Positions 36,106 through 45,620 are shown, numbered from the stretch's first letter. The stretch is 64,000 bases of DNA from an uncultured Eubacteriales bacterium (GCA_959604355.1 CAUHAO010000003.1:210-64209); one strand, 5' to 3'. A program made the numbers and translations. The notes: a model not told the origin generated them from the letters alone.

Positions 36106-37406
36106 CCCTTCAAGTTAAACAACGAATTGAACAAATCCGGCGGGGCGAGGTGCCGGAGGGATATATCATAATAAAAGATGGAGTGTATCCTTCCGATTGG
36201 ACAATCAAGACAATGAAGCAGTGGATTACACTTGAAGAACGTCCGGTCACATTACAAGATGATGAAGAATATGAATTGGTGACAGTTCGCCGTGCATATG
36301 GAGGAGTAGATTCAAGAGGCATCTACAAGGGAAAAGAAGTGTTAGTCAAAACATACTTCTCAGTAAAAAAGAACGACTTTATTATTTCCAAAAGACAGAT
36401 CGCACATGGAGCATGTGGTCTTGTTCCTGATAGATTGAATGGAGCGGTTGTTTCTAATGAGTATAATGTATTCAAGGCAAAAGAAGGGACAAACATCCAA
36501 TTTTTTAACCTTATGATGCAACTCCCTCATTATAAAAGGCTTTTTTATCTTATGAGTGATGGGGTACATATTGAAAAACTCTTATTCAAAACAAGCGATT
36601 GGATGAAACGAAGTTTGGCCATACCCCCTCTCGCCGAGCAAGAGAAGATTGCCGAGATTTTGCAGACGCAGGACAAGCTGATTGAGCTTCAACAGAAGAA
36701 AATTGAAGAGCTGAAACGGCTCAAAAAAGTGTATCTGTCGAAAATGTTCCCGAAAAAAGGCTGCAATGTCCCCGAAATCCGTTTCCCGGGTTTCACTGAC
36801 CCTTGGGAACAGCGCAAGTTGGGGGAAGTTGTTAGTCAGATAACAACAGGACTTAATCCTCGTGATAATTTCAAACTTAACTCAGGTGGTAATAACTATT
36901 ATGTTACTATTAAAAACTTTGAACACGGAGTCCTGCATTTAGATGACAAATGCGACTTTGTTGATGATGAGGCACTGACTCTAATTCAAGCTCGTAGCGA
37001 CCTAAAAAAAGATGATATTTTATTTACAAGCATAGGGCGTGTGGGAGATTGCTATTTGATTGAAAATACGCCGAAAAATTGGAATATCAATGAGTCAGTA
37101 TTCTCATTACGACCAAATAAAAATATTGTAGAACCTGTATACCTTTTCCATACCATTCACAGTGATATCGTGCTAAATCAAATCCTAAATAATATTACGG
37201 GAAGCACATTTAAAAGTATAAAAATTGGTGACTTAAAAAATGTGATTATTCCTATCCCACCAAAGCAAGAACAAGAGCAAATTGCTAAGCTAATTACTGC
37301 TTTGGAGAGCCTTATCACCCTTCATCAGCGTAAGTTGGATGAAGAACAAAAAAAGAAGAAAGCCCTGATGCAGATTCTGCTGACGGGAATTGTGAGAGTA
37401 AAATAA
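36102..37406 (+). CDS. hsdS: Type I restriction-modification specificity subunit, full length (two TRDs)
   Basis: Two TRDs are separated by the conserved helices PPLAEQEKIAEILQTQDKLIELQQKKIEELKRLKKVYLSKMF and PPKQEQEQIAKLITALESLITLHQRKLDEEQKKKKALMQILLTG. Confidence 0.9.
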   Translation: MTLQVKQRIEQIRRGEVPEGYIIIKDGVYPSDWTIKTMKQWITLEERPVTLQDDEEYELVTVRRAYGGVDSRGIYKGKEVLVKTYFSVKKNDFIISKRQIAHGACGLVPDRLNGAVVSNEYNVFKAKEGTNIQFFNLMMQLPHYKRLFYLMSDGVHIEKLLFKTSDWMKRSLAIPPLAEQEKIAEILQTQDKLIELQQKKIEELKRLKKVYLSKMFPKKGCNVPEIRFPGFTDPWEQRKLGEVVSQITTGLNPRDNFKLNSGGNNYYVTIKNFEHGVLHLDDKCDFVDDEALTLIQARSDLKKDDILFTSIGRVGDCYLIENTPKNWNINESVFSLRPNKNIVEPVYLFHTIHSDIVLNQILNNITGSTFKSIKIGDLKNVIIPIPPKQEQEQIAKLITALESLITLHQRKLDEEQKKKKALMQILLTGIVRVK

Positions 37407-37415
37407 GGAGAAAAA

Positions 37416-38822
37416 ATGAAACTAAGCCACGAATACAAAGCCATCGATTCCAAAGACTGTTTTGACCCCATACTCGTTGCAGATACGGAACTTTTTGTAG
37501 ATCCGTTTTCCGTTTTTGATGAAAGCGACGGCGTATTTGCTAATTCTTTTGACAAAATAATTTCTTTCTTCAATGCTGCATTCAAATTAGCAGCTCAAAC
37601 TCCGGAGCGACATGGTGTGTTATATCGAAAACTCGAATCTATGATGACCTTTCCGGAGGTTAACGAAATTGGTTTGGGATATTCTGGGTCAAACGATGGT
37701 GCAGGCGCATCCACGTGGTTTAGAGATCAAATTATTGAATCTCTATATAAATCCATCGAACGAGGAATGGATTGCTATCGTCATTTCGAGGAAATTGCCA
37801 TTTTTGAAAAAGGAATTGGTTGCGACAGAATAAGCGATATAACCTGTAACATCCTCAAAGAAGAAATTATCTCCTACACTCAGTCAATCTGTGCTCAACT
37901 GGATATTCCCATGATCCCCGTACGAATGAGGCATATTCGTTTTGATTTCAAACATTTGCGTTGGGTAGATGGTGTAGTAGAACTTCCCTATAATAAACAC
38001 AAAAAGAGAGGCATTTTGCTTATACCTGAACGTTTTCTTAATGACCTTCCAACAATTAACCCCGATGATTTCAAAGATTATATTTGGGATTGCAAAAACG
38101 AAACATTAAGAAACGATTTGAATTATAGCATAAAATCAGACATTGACAAAGACGCAATTATGGATATTGCTCGGAGATGTCCGGATTGGGTTAAAGAATA
38201 TGAAGAATACAAGGAATCCCAAGGATTTCAACCCTATGATTTGAAGAAGGATAAGAAAGGGGTATATGCTTGGGCAGGAAAAGAACTAATTGAACATGTG
38301 CAGTCGCACCCTTTTTCCTTCTCGGACGCGGAGACGTTCTCTGAATGTGTGTTTAATATTTGCAAATCGTTTCAGAATTATATAGAAACGGAAAAAGGAT
38401 ATACCCTTCTTTGGAATGATGATAATGACAAACCCAAAGCGGAAGCTGCACTCCAAACACTTTTCTTTGGCTTCATAAAAGCGTATGGGGTGTTTCTTAA
38501 CATTGATATCACTCGTGAAAGCAATGCTGGAAGCGGACCTGTAGATTTCAAGTGTTCCCAAGGTTATCATAAGCGCGTTCTAATAGAAACCAAGCTTGTT
38601 AGCAATTCACGATATTGGAATGGTTTGGAACGGCAATTGCCAAAATATATGCTGGCAGAAGAAATCGACAAAGGCATTTTCATGCTTGTTGCTTTTTCAG
38701 TAGATGAATATAACAAGGGCAACAAATACATATCACAAGTTGGCAACCTAAATTTGCCTTATGCTATTGATACGATGCTAATAGATGCATCTAAAGACAA
38801 GCCAAGTGCATCAAAGTTATAA
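37416..38822 (+). CDS. Hypothetical 468-aa protein with C-terminal PD-(D/E)xK nuclease-like motif
   Basis: Strong RBS aaggaga. The C-terminal segment KAEAALQTLFF...ESNAGSGPVDFKCSQGYHKRVLIETKLVSN fits helix-E / P-x-D / E-x-K. The N-terminal ~330 aa is unrecognised. Confidence 0.6.
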   Translation: MKLSHEYKAIDSKDCFDPILVADTELFVDPFSVFDESDGVFANSFDKIISFFNAAFKLAAQTPERHGVLYRKLESMMTFPEVNEIGLGYSGSNDGAGASTWFRDQIIESLYKSIERGMDCYRHFEEIAIFEKGIGCDRISDITCNILKEEIISYTQSICAQLDIPMIPVRMRHIRFDFKHLRWVDGVVELPYNKHKKRGILLIPERFLNDLPTINPDDFKDYIWDCKNETLRNDLNYSIKSDIDKDAIMDIARRCPDWVKEYEEYKESQGFQPYDLKKDKKGVYAWAGKELIEHVQSHPFSFSDAETFSECVFNICKSFQNYIETEKGYTLLWNDDNDKPKAEAALQTLFFGFIKAYGVFLNIDITRESNAGSGPVDFKCSQGYHKRVLIETKLVSNSRYWNGLERQLPKYMLAEEIDKGIFMLVAFSVDEYNKGNKYISQVGNLNLPYAIDTMLIDASKDKPSASKL

Positions 38823-38838
38823 ATGGAGGTGAAATATT

Positions 38839-39012
38839 ATGGCAACCAATCCCCCGAAGGGAGACGGTCACAGAAACGGCGCTGTAAAAGAGCGTTCACA
38901 GACCTACAATCCCAAGACGCAGACATGGACAAAGCGTGACACAAATACCGGCAGGTTCATGGATGGCAAGAAAGACGGGACACCGTTCAAAGGTGTCCGC
39001 AAGGAAAAATAA
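38839..39012 (+). CDS. Small basic hypothetical protein (57 aa; below the ORF-track cutoff)
   Basis: Hand-translated as MATNPPKGDGHRNGAVKERSQTYNPKTQTWTKRDTNTGRFMDGKKDGTPFKGVRKEK. Excellent RBS ggaggtg 7 nt upstream. A hairpin follows at 39017-39053. Confidence 0.5.
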   Translation: MATNPPKGDGHRNGAVKERSQTYNPKTQTWTKRDTNTGRFMDGKKDGTPFKGVRKEK

Positions 39013-39073
39013 ATCCGCAGACAGCGAGGCGTTTTTCGTCTCGCTATGTCTGCTTTAGATAGGAGGTGTCAAT

Positions 39074-40213
39074 ATGTCAAAAATGACAGTAAAAGAGCAA
39101 GAAGCATATTTGAAAAAGCTAATAGAATATGGCGATAAAATCAAATCTGATAAAAGCCTTGTAGACAGTATTTTAAAAGAACATTTATGTAATGTTCCTC
39201 ACAAGAAGCTGTATAAATTCCGCACTTGCTCAAATCAGAACTTCAAAACATTAGAAGAAAATTGCATATGGATGCCTCCGGCTAATACTTTCAAGGACAC
39301 ATTCGATTGTATAATCAATATCGACTTCAAAAAGAATATGCCGCAAATCGGAACATGGTTGTACGATAATCTTTTGGACTTTTATTTTGTATTTGTCAAA
39401 GACTTTTTTGAAAGTCGTGGGATTCCTTTCCCGTATAATCCTGACGATCTACGGAACTATACTAAAGAATGTGTTAGTCCTTCAGGCAAAATCAAATCGA
39501 CGTCAGAATATGAATTTTTAAAAAAATATGCGCCTGATATAGATTCGGAAGAATATGACAAACAGATTTCCGATATGAGAAAAAAACGCTCACAAGTTGA
39601 ACCACTATTAACTGACCGGGTTAAATCCTTGGTGCCGAAGCTTGTAGATGAAATTCAAAAAGCGCAATCGCATTTGCGTGACACAATGTTGGTGTATTGT
39701 ATGACAGAGCGCTTTGACAATCACAATCTTTGGGAAACATATGCAAACAACTATAGCGGTTTTTGCATTGAATACTGCTTTGATAATTTTGAAGAAAAAG
39801 ATTTTGATATTTATAAAAATCTGATATATCTTCTTCCGATGATCTACAAGAAAAACATCCCTCATTTTGATGTGGTTCCTTTTATCGACATTGCTATGAG
39901 AAAGAGCATACTTCACGAAGACGGGTTAGAGCAAAATCCGGATTTGCTTGTGGCTCTCAATATGCAAGTGTTTTATAAAGACAAAGATTACGAGTCAGAA
40001 CACGAGTGGAGATTTTCGATTGCAAACAAGAATAATTGCAAACAACCATTTCCGTTCGTAAGCGGAATATATGCAGGGAAAGATATCAAAACAAGAAATC
40101 TGCAACGATTAAAAAACATCGCTGGAAAACTTGGCGTTCCGATATACTGTCAAGTACAAAACAAGTCCAACAACGGATATAATTATATTCCGGTCCAGGA
40201 GGTAACTAAATGA
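39074..40213 (+). CDS. DUF2971-like protein
   Basis: LYKFRTCSNQNFKTLEENCIWMPPANTFKDTFD, LWETYANNYSGFCIEY and EHEWRF match the DUF2971 pattern as I remember it. RBS aggagg. ATGA overlap with hsdR. Confidence 0.6.
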   Translation: MSKMTVKEQEAYLKKLIEYGDKIKSDKSLVDSILKEHLCNVPHKKLYKFRTCSNQNFKTLEENCIWMPPANTFKDTFDCIINIDFKKNMPQIGTWLYDNLLDFYFVFVKDFFESRGIPFPYNPDDLRNYTKECVSPSGKIKSTSEYEFLKKYAPDIDSEEYDKQISDMRKKRSQVEPLLTDRVKSLVPKLVDEIQKAQSHLRDTMLVYCMTERFDNHNLWETYANNYSGFCIEYCFDNFEEKDFDIYKNLIYLLPMIYKKNIPHFDVVPFIDIAMRKSILHEDGLEQNPDLLVALNMQVFYKDKDYESEHEWRFSIANKNNCKQPFPFVSGIYAGKDIKTRNLQRLKNIAGKLGVPIYCQVQNKSNNGYNYIPVQEVTK

Positions 40214-43200
40214 GCTACAAATATCAATCAGATTTATATCTTGAAGATAACATCAGCAAATACCCTGCCATAGAGCTTTTATGCAAACTGGGCTATCAAT
40301 ATATTTCTCCCGAGGAGTGTATCAATCAGCGCGGCGGGTTTTATGATGTTATACTGAAAGACATTCTGCGAGCACAGCTTCATAAGTTGAACCAATTTTA
40401 TTACAGCGGCATTACATATAAATTTACAGCAGAAAACGTAGAACGCGCCATTTCTGAGTTGGACGAGCCGCTTACCGACGGTCTTGTGCGTACCAGTGAA
40501 AAGATCTATGATGCTCTGATGCTTGGCAAGAGCTATCCTGAAAAGCTTGTGGACGGAACGACCAAGAGTTTTAACCTGAAATATATTGATTGGGAGCATC
40601 CCGAAAATAATGTATTTCATGTCACCGAGGAATTCTCATGTGACAGTTGGGACAAACAGAAAAATGCTCGTCCGGACATTGTTTTGTTTGTCAACGGTAT
40701 TCCGTTTGCGGTAATCGAGTGCAAAGCACCTACTGTTGACGTGGATCAAGCTGTCGAGCAGATGATTCGTAATCAAGGTAAGCCGTATATTCCTCAGCTC
40801 TTCAAATTTGCCCAAGTTGTGGTTGCGACCAACAAAAATGCCGTCAAGTACGCAACCTGCGGCACAGGAAAGAACTTTTGGTGCATATGGCATGAGCAAT
40901 CTACAGAGTGGCAGAACAAACTGCTTGATCAGTATGTTGTGGGGCGTGAAATAACCGAGCAGGACAGAAATATTGTTTCTCTGCTCGATCCGGATCGTTT
41001 ATTGACTCTCACGAAATACTTTATCCTTTACGATGCCAATATCAAAAAGATCTGCCGTTATCAGCAGTTCTTTGCCGTTGAAGAAATCATCAAGACCATT
41101 CAACAGAACGATCCTGCGGGCAACCGTCAAGGCGGTGTTATCTGGCATACACAAGGGAGCGGCAAGTCCCTGACGATGGTTATGGTGGCAAAGTATATTC
41201 TTATGGAAATGAGCCGCTTTAATCCTCGTGTTGTCATTGTGACAGACCGAAAAGAGCTTGATAAACAGATCGCCAAGACCTTTGCTCATACAAGACTGTC
41301 TCCCGCAAGAGCCACCTCTGGAAAGCATTTGATTGAGCTTGTCAACAGCGGGTCGGTGGATGTGATTACATCGATCATCAACAAGTTCAATACGGTGGAG
41401 AGCAGCGGACTCAAAAACAATTCCAGGGATATCTTCGTTCTGGTTGACGAAAGCCACCGCTCCAATTACGGTTCCTTGTCAACCAAAATGCGCACTGTAT
41501 TTCCAAATGCGTGCTACATCGGATTTACAGGAACACCTTTAATGAAGAGCGAAAAGAACACCATGGAGAAGTTCGGCAGGTTAATCCACAAGTACACAAT
41601 CAAAGACGGTGTGGAAGATCATGCCATTGTCCCTTTGATCTACGAAGGAAAATTTGTGGAACAGAGTGTGGATGAAGCCAATATAGACCTTTGGTTCGAT
41701 CAGGTTACAAAAAGGCTGAATGATGCACAGAAGGTCGACCTTAAAAACAAGTGGAGTACCATCAAACGTCTGACTTCCACAGATGCACGGATCAAGCGCA
41801 TTGCGCTGGATGTGAATCTGCACTTTATTGAAGGCTACAAGAACACCGGATTCAAAGCAATGCTGGCGTGCAATTTCAAAAAGGATGCGGTTCGCTATCA
41901 AAAATGCTTTGAAGAGTTCGGAGATCTTACCACTGCGGTAGTTATTTCTGCTCCCGATATGCGTGAAGGTAGTGAAGAAGTAGACGAAAGCACTGACGAT
42001 ATGGTTGTCGCTTTCTGGAACAAAATGATGGCGCAATACGGCAATGCGGATGATTACGAGGATGCGATCAAAAATAAATTTATTGACGGTGAAATTGACA
42101 TTTTGATTGTGTGTAGTAAACTCCTTACCGGATTTGATGCACCTCGCACACAAGTACTTTATATCGATAAAGAGCTCAAAGAGCACGGATTACTTCAGGC
42201 AATTGCGCGCACAAACCGCCTTTATGAGGGTAAAGATTACGGTTTGATTGTAGACTATCGAGGACTGATTCAAAAGCTTGATTCTGCTATGGAAATCTAT
42301 AGTGGGGCGGGACTTGAAGAATTTGACAGCACCGATATTCAAGGTGTGATTGTCGATGTAATGGTATGCGTGAGCCGTTTGCGGGAAGCATATTCTCATC
42401 TGTGTGATATTTTTACCTCAATCAGGAACAAAGAGGATACGGAGGAAATCGAAGTTTTTCTTGCAGATACCGAAATCCGTGCGAAGTTCTATGATGCACT
42501 TTGTTCTTTCGGACGTGCTCTCAACATGGTGCTGAATTCCGAAAAGGCATATTCTGCATTTACAAAGCAGGAAATCGGCATGTATCAATCAGCATTTATC
42601 TTCTATTCAAAAGTGAGAAGAAGTGTAAAAAAACGTTATGCAGATGTGATCGATAATAAAGAGTATGAGAAGCAGATGCAAAATCTTCTTGATACGCATA
42701 TGTCAGTCGCAGGTATTAAACAAATCACAAATCCGGTTGATATTCTTGACCGTGATGAACTTGAAAAAGAACTGCATGACCTGGGAACCATGCGTTCAAA
42801 AGCAGATGCGATTGTATCTCACATGACTAAGAGCATTAAAGCAAACAGAGATGAAAATCCGGCGTATTACGATAGCTTTTCCAAAAGAATAAAGGATGCT
42901 TTGGAGGAATATAAGAATCGGGTCATCACGGAAGCTGAATATCTTTCCAAGTTAAGATCCATTATGGAAGACTACCGTAAGGGTACTACCAACATTTCCT
43001 ATCCGGAAAAAATCAAGGGAAATGTTCATGCACAGGCATTCTACGGTGTGATTACTGCGATTTTAGATGATGTAATGGATATAAGCGCCAATATTGATGT
43101 TATTTCGGATATCTCAATTCGCGTCACAGATATTATTGATGAACACAATATGGTTGATTGGCAGACAAACAAAGATATTCACAACAAGATTGCTCAAGAC

Positions 43201-43314
43201 ATTGACGATATGTTCTATGACATCGAAAAAGAAAAAGGTATTCATGTTGACTTCGATTCTGTTGATAAGATCATTGAGAATGTGATCACAGTTGCCCTTA
43301 GGAGATTCAAATGA
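40210..43314 (+). CDS. hsdR: Type I restriction endonuclease subunit R
   Basis: N-terminal PD-(D/E)xK (RPDIVLFVNGIPFAVIECK). SF2 motifs are present: HTQGSGKSLTMV, VLVDESHRS, FTGTP and QAIARTNR. Length is 1034 aa. Confidence 0.95.
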   Translation: MSYKYQSDLYLEDNISKYPAIELLCKLGYQYISPEECINQRGGFYDVILKDILRAQLHKLNQFYYSGITYKFTAENVERAISELDEPLTDGLVRTSEKIYDALMLGKSYPEKLVDGTTKSFNLKYIDWEHPENNVFHVTEEFSCDSWDKQKNARPDIVLFVNGIPFAVIECKAPTVDVDQAVEQMIRNQGKPYIPQLFKFAQVVVATNKNAVKYATCGTGKNFWCIWHEQSTEWQNKLLDQYVVGREITEQDRNIVSLLDPDRLLTLTKYFILYDANIKKICRYQQFFAVEEIIKTIQQNDPAGNRQGGVIWHTQGSGKSLTMVMVAKYILMEMSRFNPRVVIVTDRKELDKQIAKTFAHTRLSPARATSGKHLIELVNSGSVDVITSIINKFNTVESSGLKNNSRDIFVLVDESHRSNYGSLSTKMRTVFPNACYIGFTGTPLMKSEKNTMEKFGRLIHKYTIKDGVEDHAIVPLIYEGKFVEQSVDEANIDLWFDQVTKRLNDAQKVDLKNKWSTIKRLTSTDARIKRIALDVNLHFIEGYKNTGFKAMLACNFKKDAVRYQKCFEEFGDLTTAVVISAPDMREGSEEVDESTDDMVVAFWNKMMAQYGNADDYEDAIKNKFIDGEIDILIVCSKLLTGFDAPRTQVLYIDKELKEHGLLQAIARTNRLYEGKDYGLIVDYRGLIQKLDSAMEIYSGAGLEEFDSTDIQGVIVDVMVCVSRLREAYSHLCDIFTSIRNKEDTEEIEVFLADTEIRAKFYDALCSFGRALNMVLNSEKAYSAFTKQEIGMYQSAFIFYSKVRRSVKKRYADVIDNKEYEKQMQNLLDTHMSVAGIKQITNPVDILDRDELEKELHDLGTMRSKADAIVSHMTKSIKANRDENPAYYDSFSKRIKDALEEYKNRVITEAEYLSKLRSIMEDYRKGTTNISYPEKIKGNVHAQAFYGVITAILDDVMDISANIDVISDISIRVTDIIDEHNMVDWQTNKDIHNKIAQDIDDMFYDIEKEKGIHVDFDSVDKIIENVITVALRRFK

Positions 43315-44030
43315 TCAAAGAAATAGTTTTGAACGGGAAACGAATTGAGTATGAGTTGCAAAGAAAAAACGTTAAGAATATCAATTTAAGAATTAAATCA
43401 GATAGAACGGTTTTTGTTTCTGCCAATCCTCGTGTTTCCGAAAAGGTAATCGAAGAGTTTATTGAATCCAAGTCGGAGTACATTCTCAAGGCTCTTGCAC
43501 ATTATGAAGAACTTGCCAAATATGCTCCTAAACCGAAACAATTTGTGGATGGAGAAACATTCAGAATACTTGGTCATGATAGAAGATTGAAGGTTGTTGA
43601 GGCAAAGAAAAACAAAGTGGAATGTGATGAATCGTACATTACATTGACCGTTAAAAACCCGGACGATTACGAACTGAAAAAGAAATTGATTGATAAATGG
43701 TTAATGTCGATCTGCAAGGATACAATTCAATCTTTGTGCGATGCTATTTACCCCAAATTTCAGAAATACGGAGTTGAATATCCGATTATTCGGTATAGGA
43801 ATATGGTTTCTCGTTGGGGAAGTTGCCAGCCAAAACGTTGTGTTTTGACTTTCAATTTTGCTTTGGTTGAAGCACCGATATCGTGCATCGAATATGTTGT
43901 AGTGCATGAGTTTACCCACTTCTTGCAACCGAATCATTCAAAGAAGTTCTATCAGCAGCTTGCTATGTTTATGCCCGACTGGGAGGAGAGAAAGAAGATC
44001 CTTGAAAAAGGAAATGCTTTTGTTGAATGA
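43311..44030 (+). CDS. M48/DUF45 (YgjP-like) zinc metallopeptidase
   Basis: HEFTH zinc motif (VVHEFTHFLQPNHSKKFY). ATGA overlap with hsdR, which is the usual R-M-associated position. Confidence 0.8.
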   Translation: MIKEIVLNGKRIEYELQRKNVKNINLRIKSDRTVFVSANPRVSEKVIEEFIESKSEYILKALAHYEELAKYAPKPKQFVDGETFRILGHDRRLKVVEAKKNKVECDESYITLTVKNPDDYELKKKLIDKWLMSICKDTIQSLCDAIYPKFQKYGVEYPIIRYRNMVSRWGSCQPKRCVLTFNFALVEAPISCIEYVVVHEFTHFLQPNHSKKFYQQLAMFMPDWEERKKILEKGNAFVE

Positions 44031-44194
44031 GGTGCATCAATGATTGGTTGAAATACAAAAGAGTGGAGGTATTCCGCAAAACAGCACGGTGCTAACACCA
44101 AAGCTCATCTCAGTTATTTTGATACAGTGAGCATGCAGTGTATCGCACCGAGCGAGAGGAAACACACTACGAAGCCTTCTGTAAGGAGATATGT

Positions 44195-44401
44195 ATGATG
44201 AAAATCATCAAAAACGCCATACAATGTAAACTCTGCGGCGAAATCATTGAATCTACCGACAGGCATCAATATGTCACCTGCAAATGCGGTGCATGTGCCG
44301 TGGATGGCGGTCATGATTATTTGCGCCGATGCTTCAAGGATAAGGGCTGCTATGTTGATCTATCAGAAACCATAGAGATATCGGCAGAAGAAGAGAAATA
44401 A
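44195..44401 (+). CDS. Small Cys-rich (zinc-binding-like) hypothetical protein
   Basis: 68 aa from ATG 44195 (RBS aaggaga): MMKIIKNAIQCKLCGEIIES...VTCKCGACAVDGG. Confidence 0.45.
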   Translation: MMKIIKNAIQCKLCGEIIESTDRHQYVTCKCGACAVDGGHDYLRRCFKDKGCYVDLSETIEISAEEEK

Positions 44402-44419
44402 GAATTAGGAGAGTAGCCG

Positions 44420-44800
44420 ATGACAAAACAATCTTTCCTTTCCTACTGCCTCGATACATACGGCACAGCGCCGGACTATCCGTTTGAAGAAGATTTTGAA
44501 ACGGCGGTGCTCCGGCACGCGGATAATCGCAAGTGGTATGCTCTCGTGATGCGGGTATCCCGTCGCAAGTTCGGATTTGACAGCGACGAGGTCATTGACG
44601 TTGTCAACCTCAAGCTCCCGACCGAGATGTTTGGTTCCTTCGGTGCAGCTGACGGTGTCTACCCGGCGTACCACATGAACAAGCTCCATTGGATTTCGGT
44701 GCTTCTTCCCGACGCGCCCGAGGATGTGGTGCAGTTCCTTGTGAACGTGAGCTTTGAGGCGACGAAGGACAAGCGGAAACGCAGAAAGATTGCAGAATAA
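44420..44800 (+). CDS. MmcQ/YjbR family DNA-binding protein
   Basis: YPFEEDFETAVLRHADNRKWYALVM...VVNLK...YHMNKLHWISVLL is typical of the YjbR/MmcQ family. Confidence 0.75.
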   Translation: MTKQSFLSYCLDTYGTAPDYPFEEDFETAVLRHADNRKWYALVMRVSRRKFGFDSDEVIDVVNLKLPTEMFGSFGAADGVYPAYHMNKLHWISVLLPDAPEDVVQFLVNVSFEATKDKRKRRKIAE

Positions 44801-44991
44801 TGCAAAAGGGTGGTTCTCACGAGCCATCCTTTTTCTTCTGCCGATAAGTCCATCCGCTTTATTGCCGCAACGGTTAGAATAGATCAACTGAAGTAACGAG
44901 ATAAACAACGATTATAGGGTGGGGTTTTTTCCCCCACCCTACTCCGACAAAAAGTAGGATGGGACAGTTCAAAACGCCCGGACCTCTTTTT

Positions 44992-45016
44992 ATGCGCCGA
45001 AAGGCGCATTTTTTGT
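44992..45016 (+). terminator. Rho-independent terminator ending the R-M/cargo transcription unit
   Basis: ATGCGCC-gaaa-GGCGCAT followed by TTTTTTG. Confidence 0.65.
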
Positions 45017-45030
45017 TTTACGGCCGATTT

Positions 45031-45620
45031 TGTAAATAAAAAGTAAACAATGCGGGGAGAGGGGTACATTTTGCCCATTTTTTGTCCTATTAGGTGAGGG
45101 GCAATTTTAAGTCAAGGGGCAAGACCTCATTTTGAGGTCTTGATAGTTATCCACTGAATTCCGGACAGACCCATGGCGCAAATTCCGTTAGAAGGTCAAT
45201 TTCTGTAAATAAATTGTAAATATCGCGCCAAAGACCATCAAAATGGGTGCCTAAACCCCTGTATTTTTTCATATAGGTGAGGAATGTTTTTCAAAAGGGG
45301 GTGCGGTTTTCTTTTTCCTGTGACTATTAAGAGAGAGGACAATTGATGAGATAGGGCTTTTGTAAACAAACGGTAAACATTGTTTGCATCAGGGGGTACA
45401 GAACGTCATTTTTATGGGTATAGGTAGAGGATGTTTTTTCAACGGCACTGATTTGTAAATATGCTGTGAATCTTTTTCAAAACCGCCCCCACAAAACGCC
45501 GTTATTATGGATATAGGTGAGGAATGATTTTCAAAAAGGGGGGGATGCGGTTTTCAAATTCCTGTGGCTATTAGGTGAGAGAACTATTTGCAAAACCGTT
45601 CTTCTGTAAACAAGCAGAGC
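45031..45620 (+). repeat. Iteron field upstream of the AAA-ATPase gene
   Basis: There are five copies of TGTAAAyAnnnnGTrAAyA, at 45031, 45204, 45361, 45454 and 45605. There are four copies of TA(T)TAGGTGAGG-type boxes, at 45087, 45271, 45416 and 45511. Two of these extend to ~75-bp near-identical repeats at 45271-45345 and 45511-45590. Confidence 0.7.
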
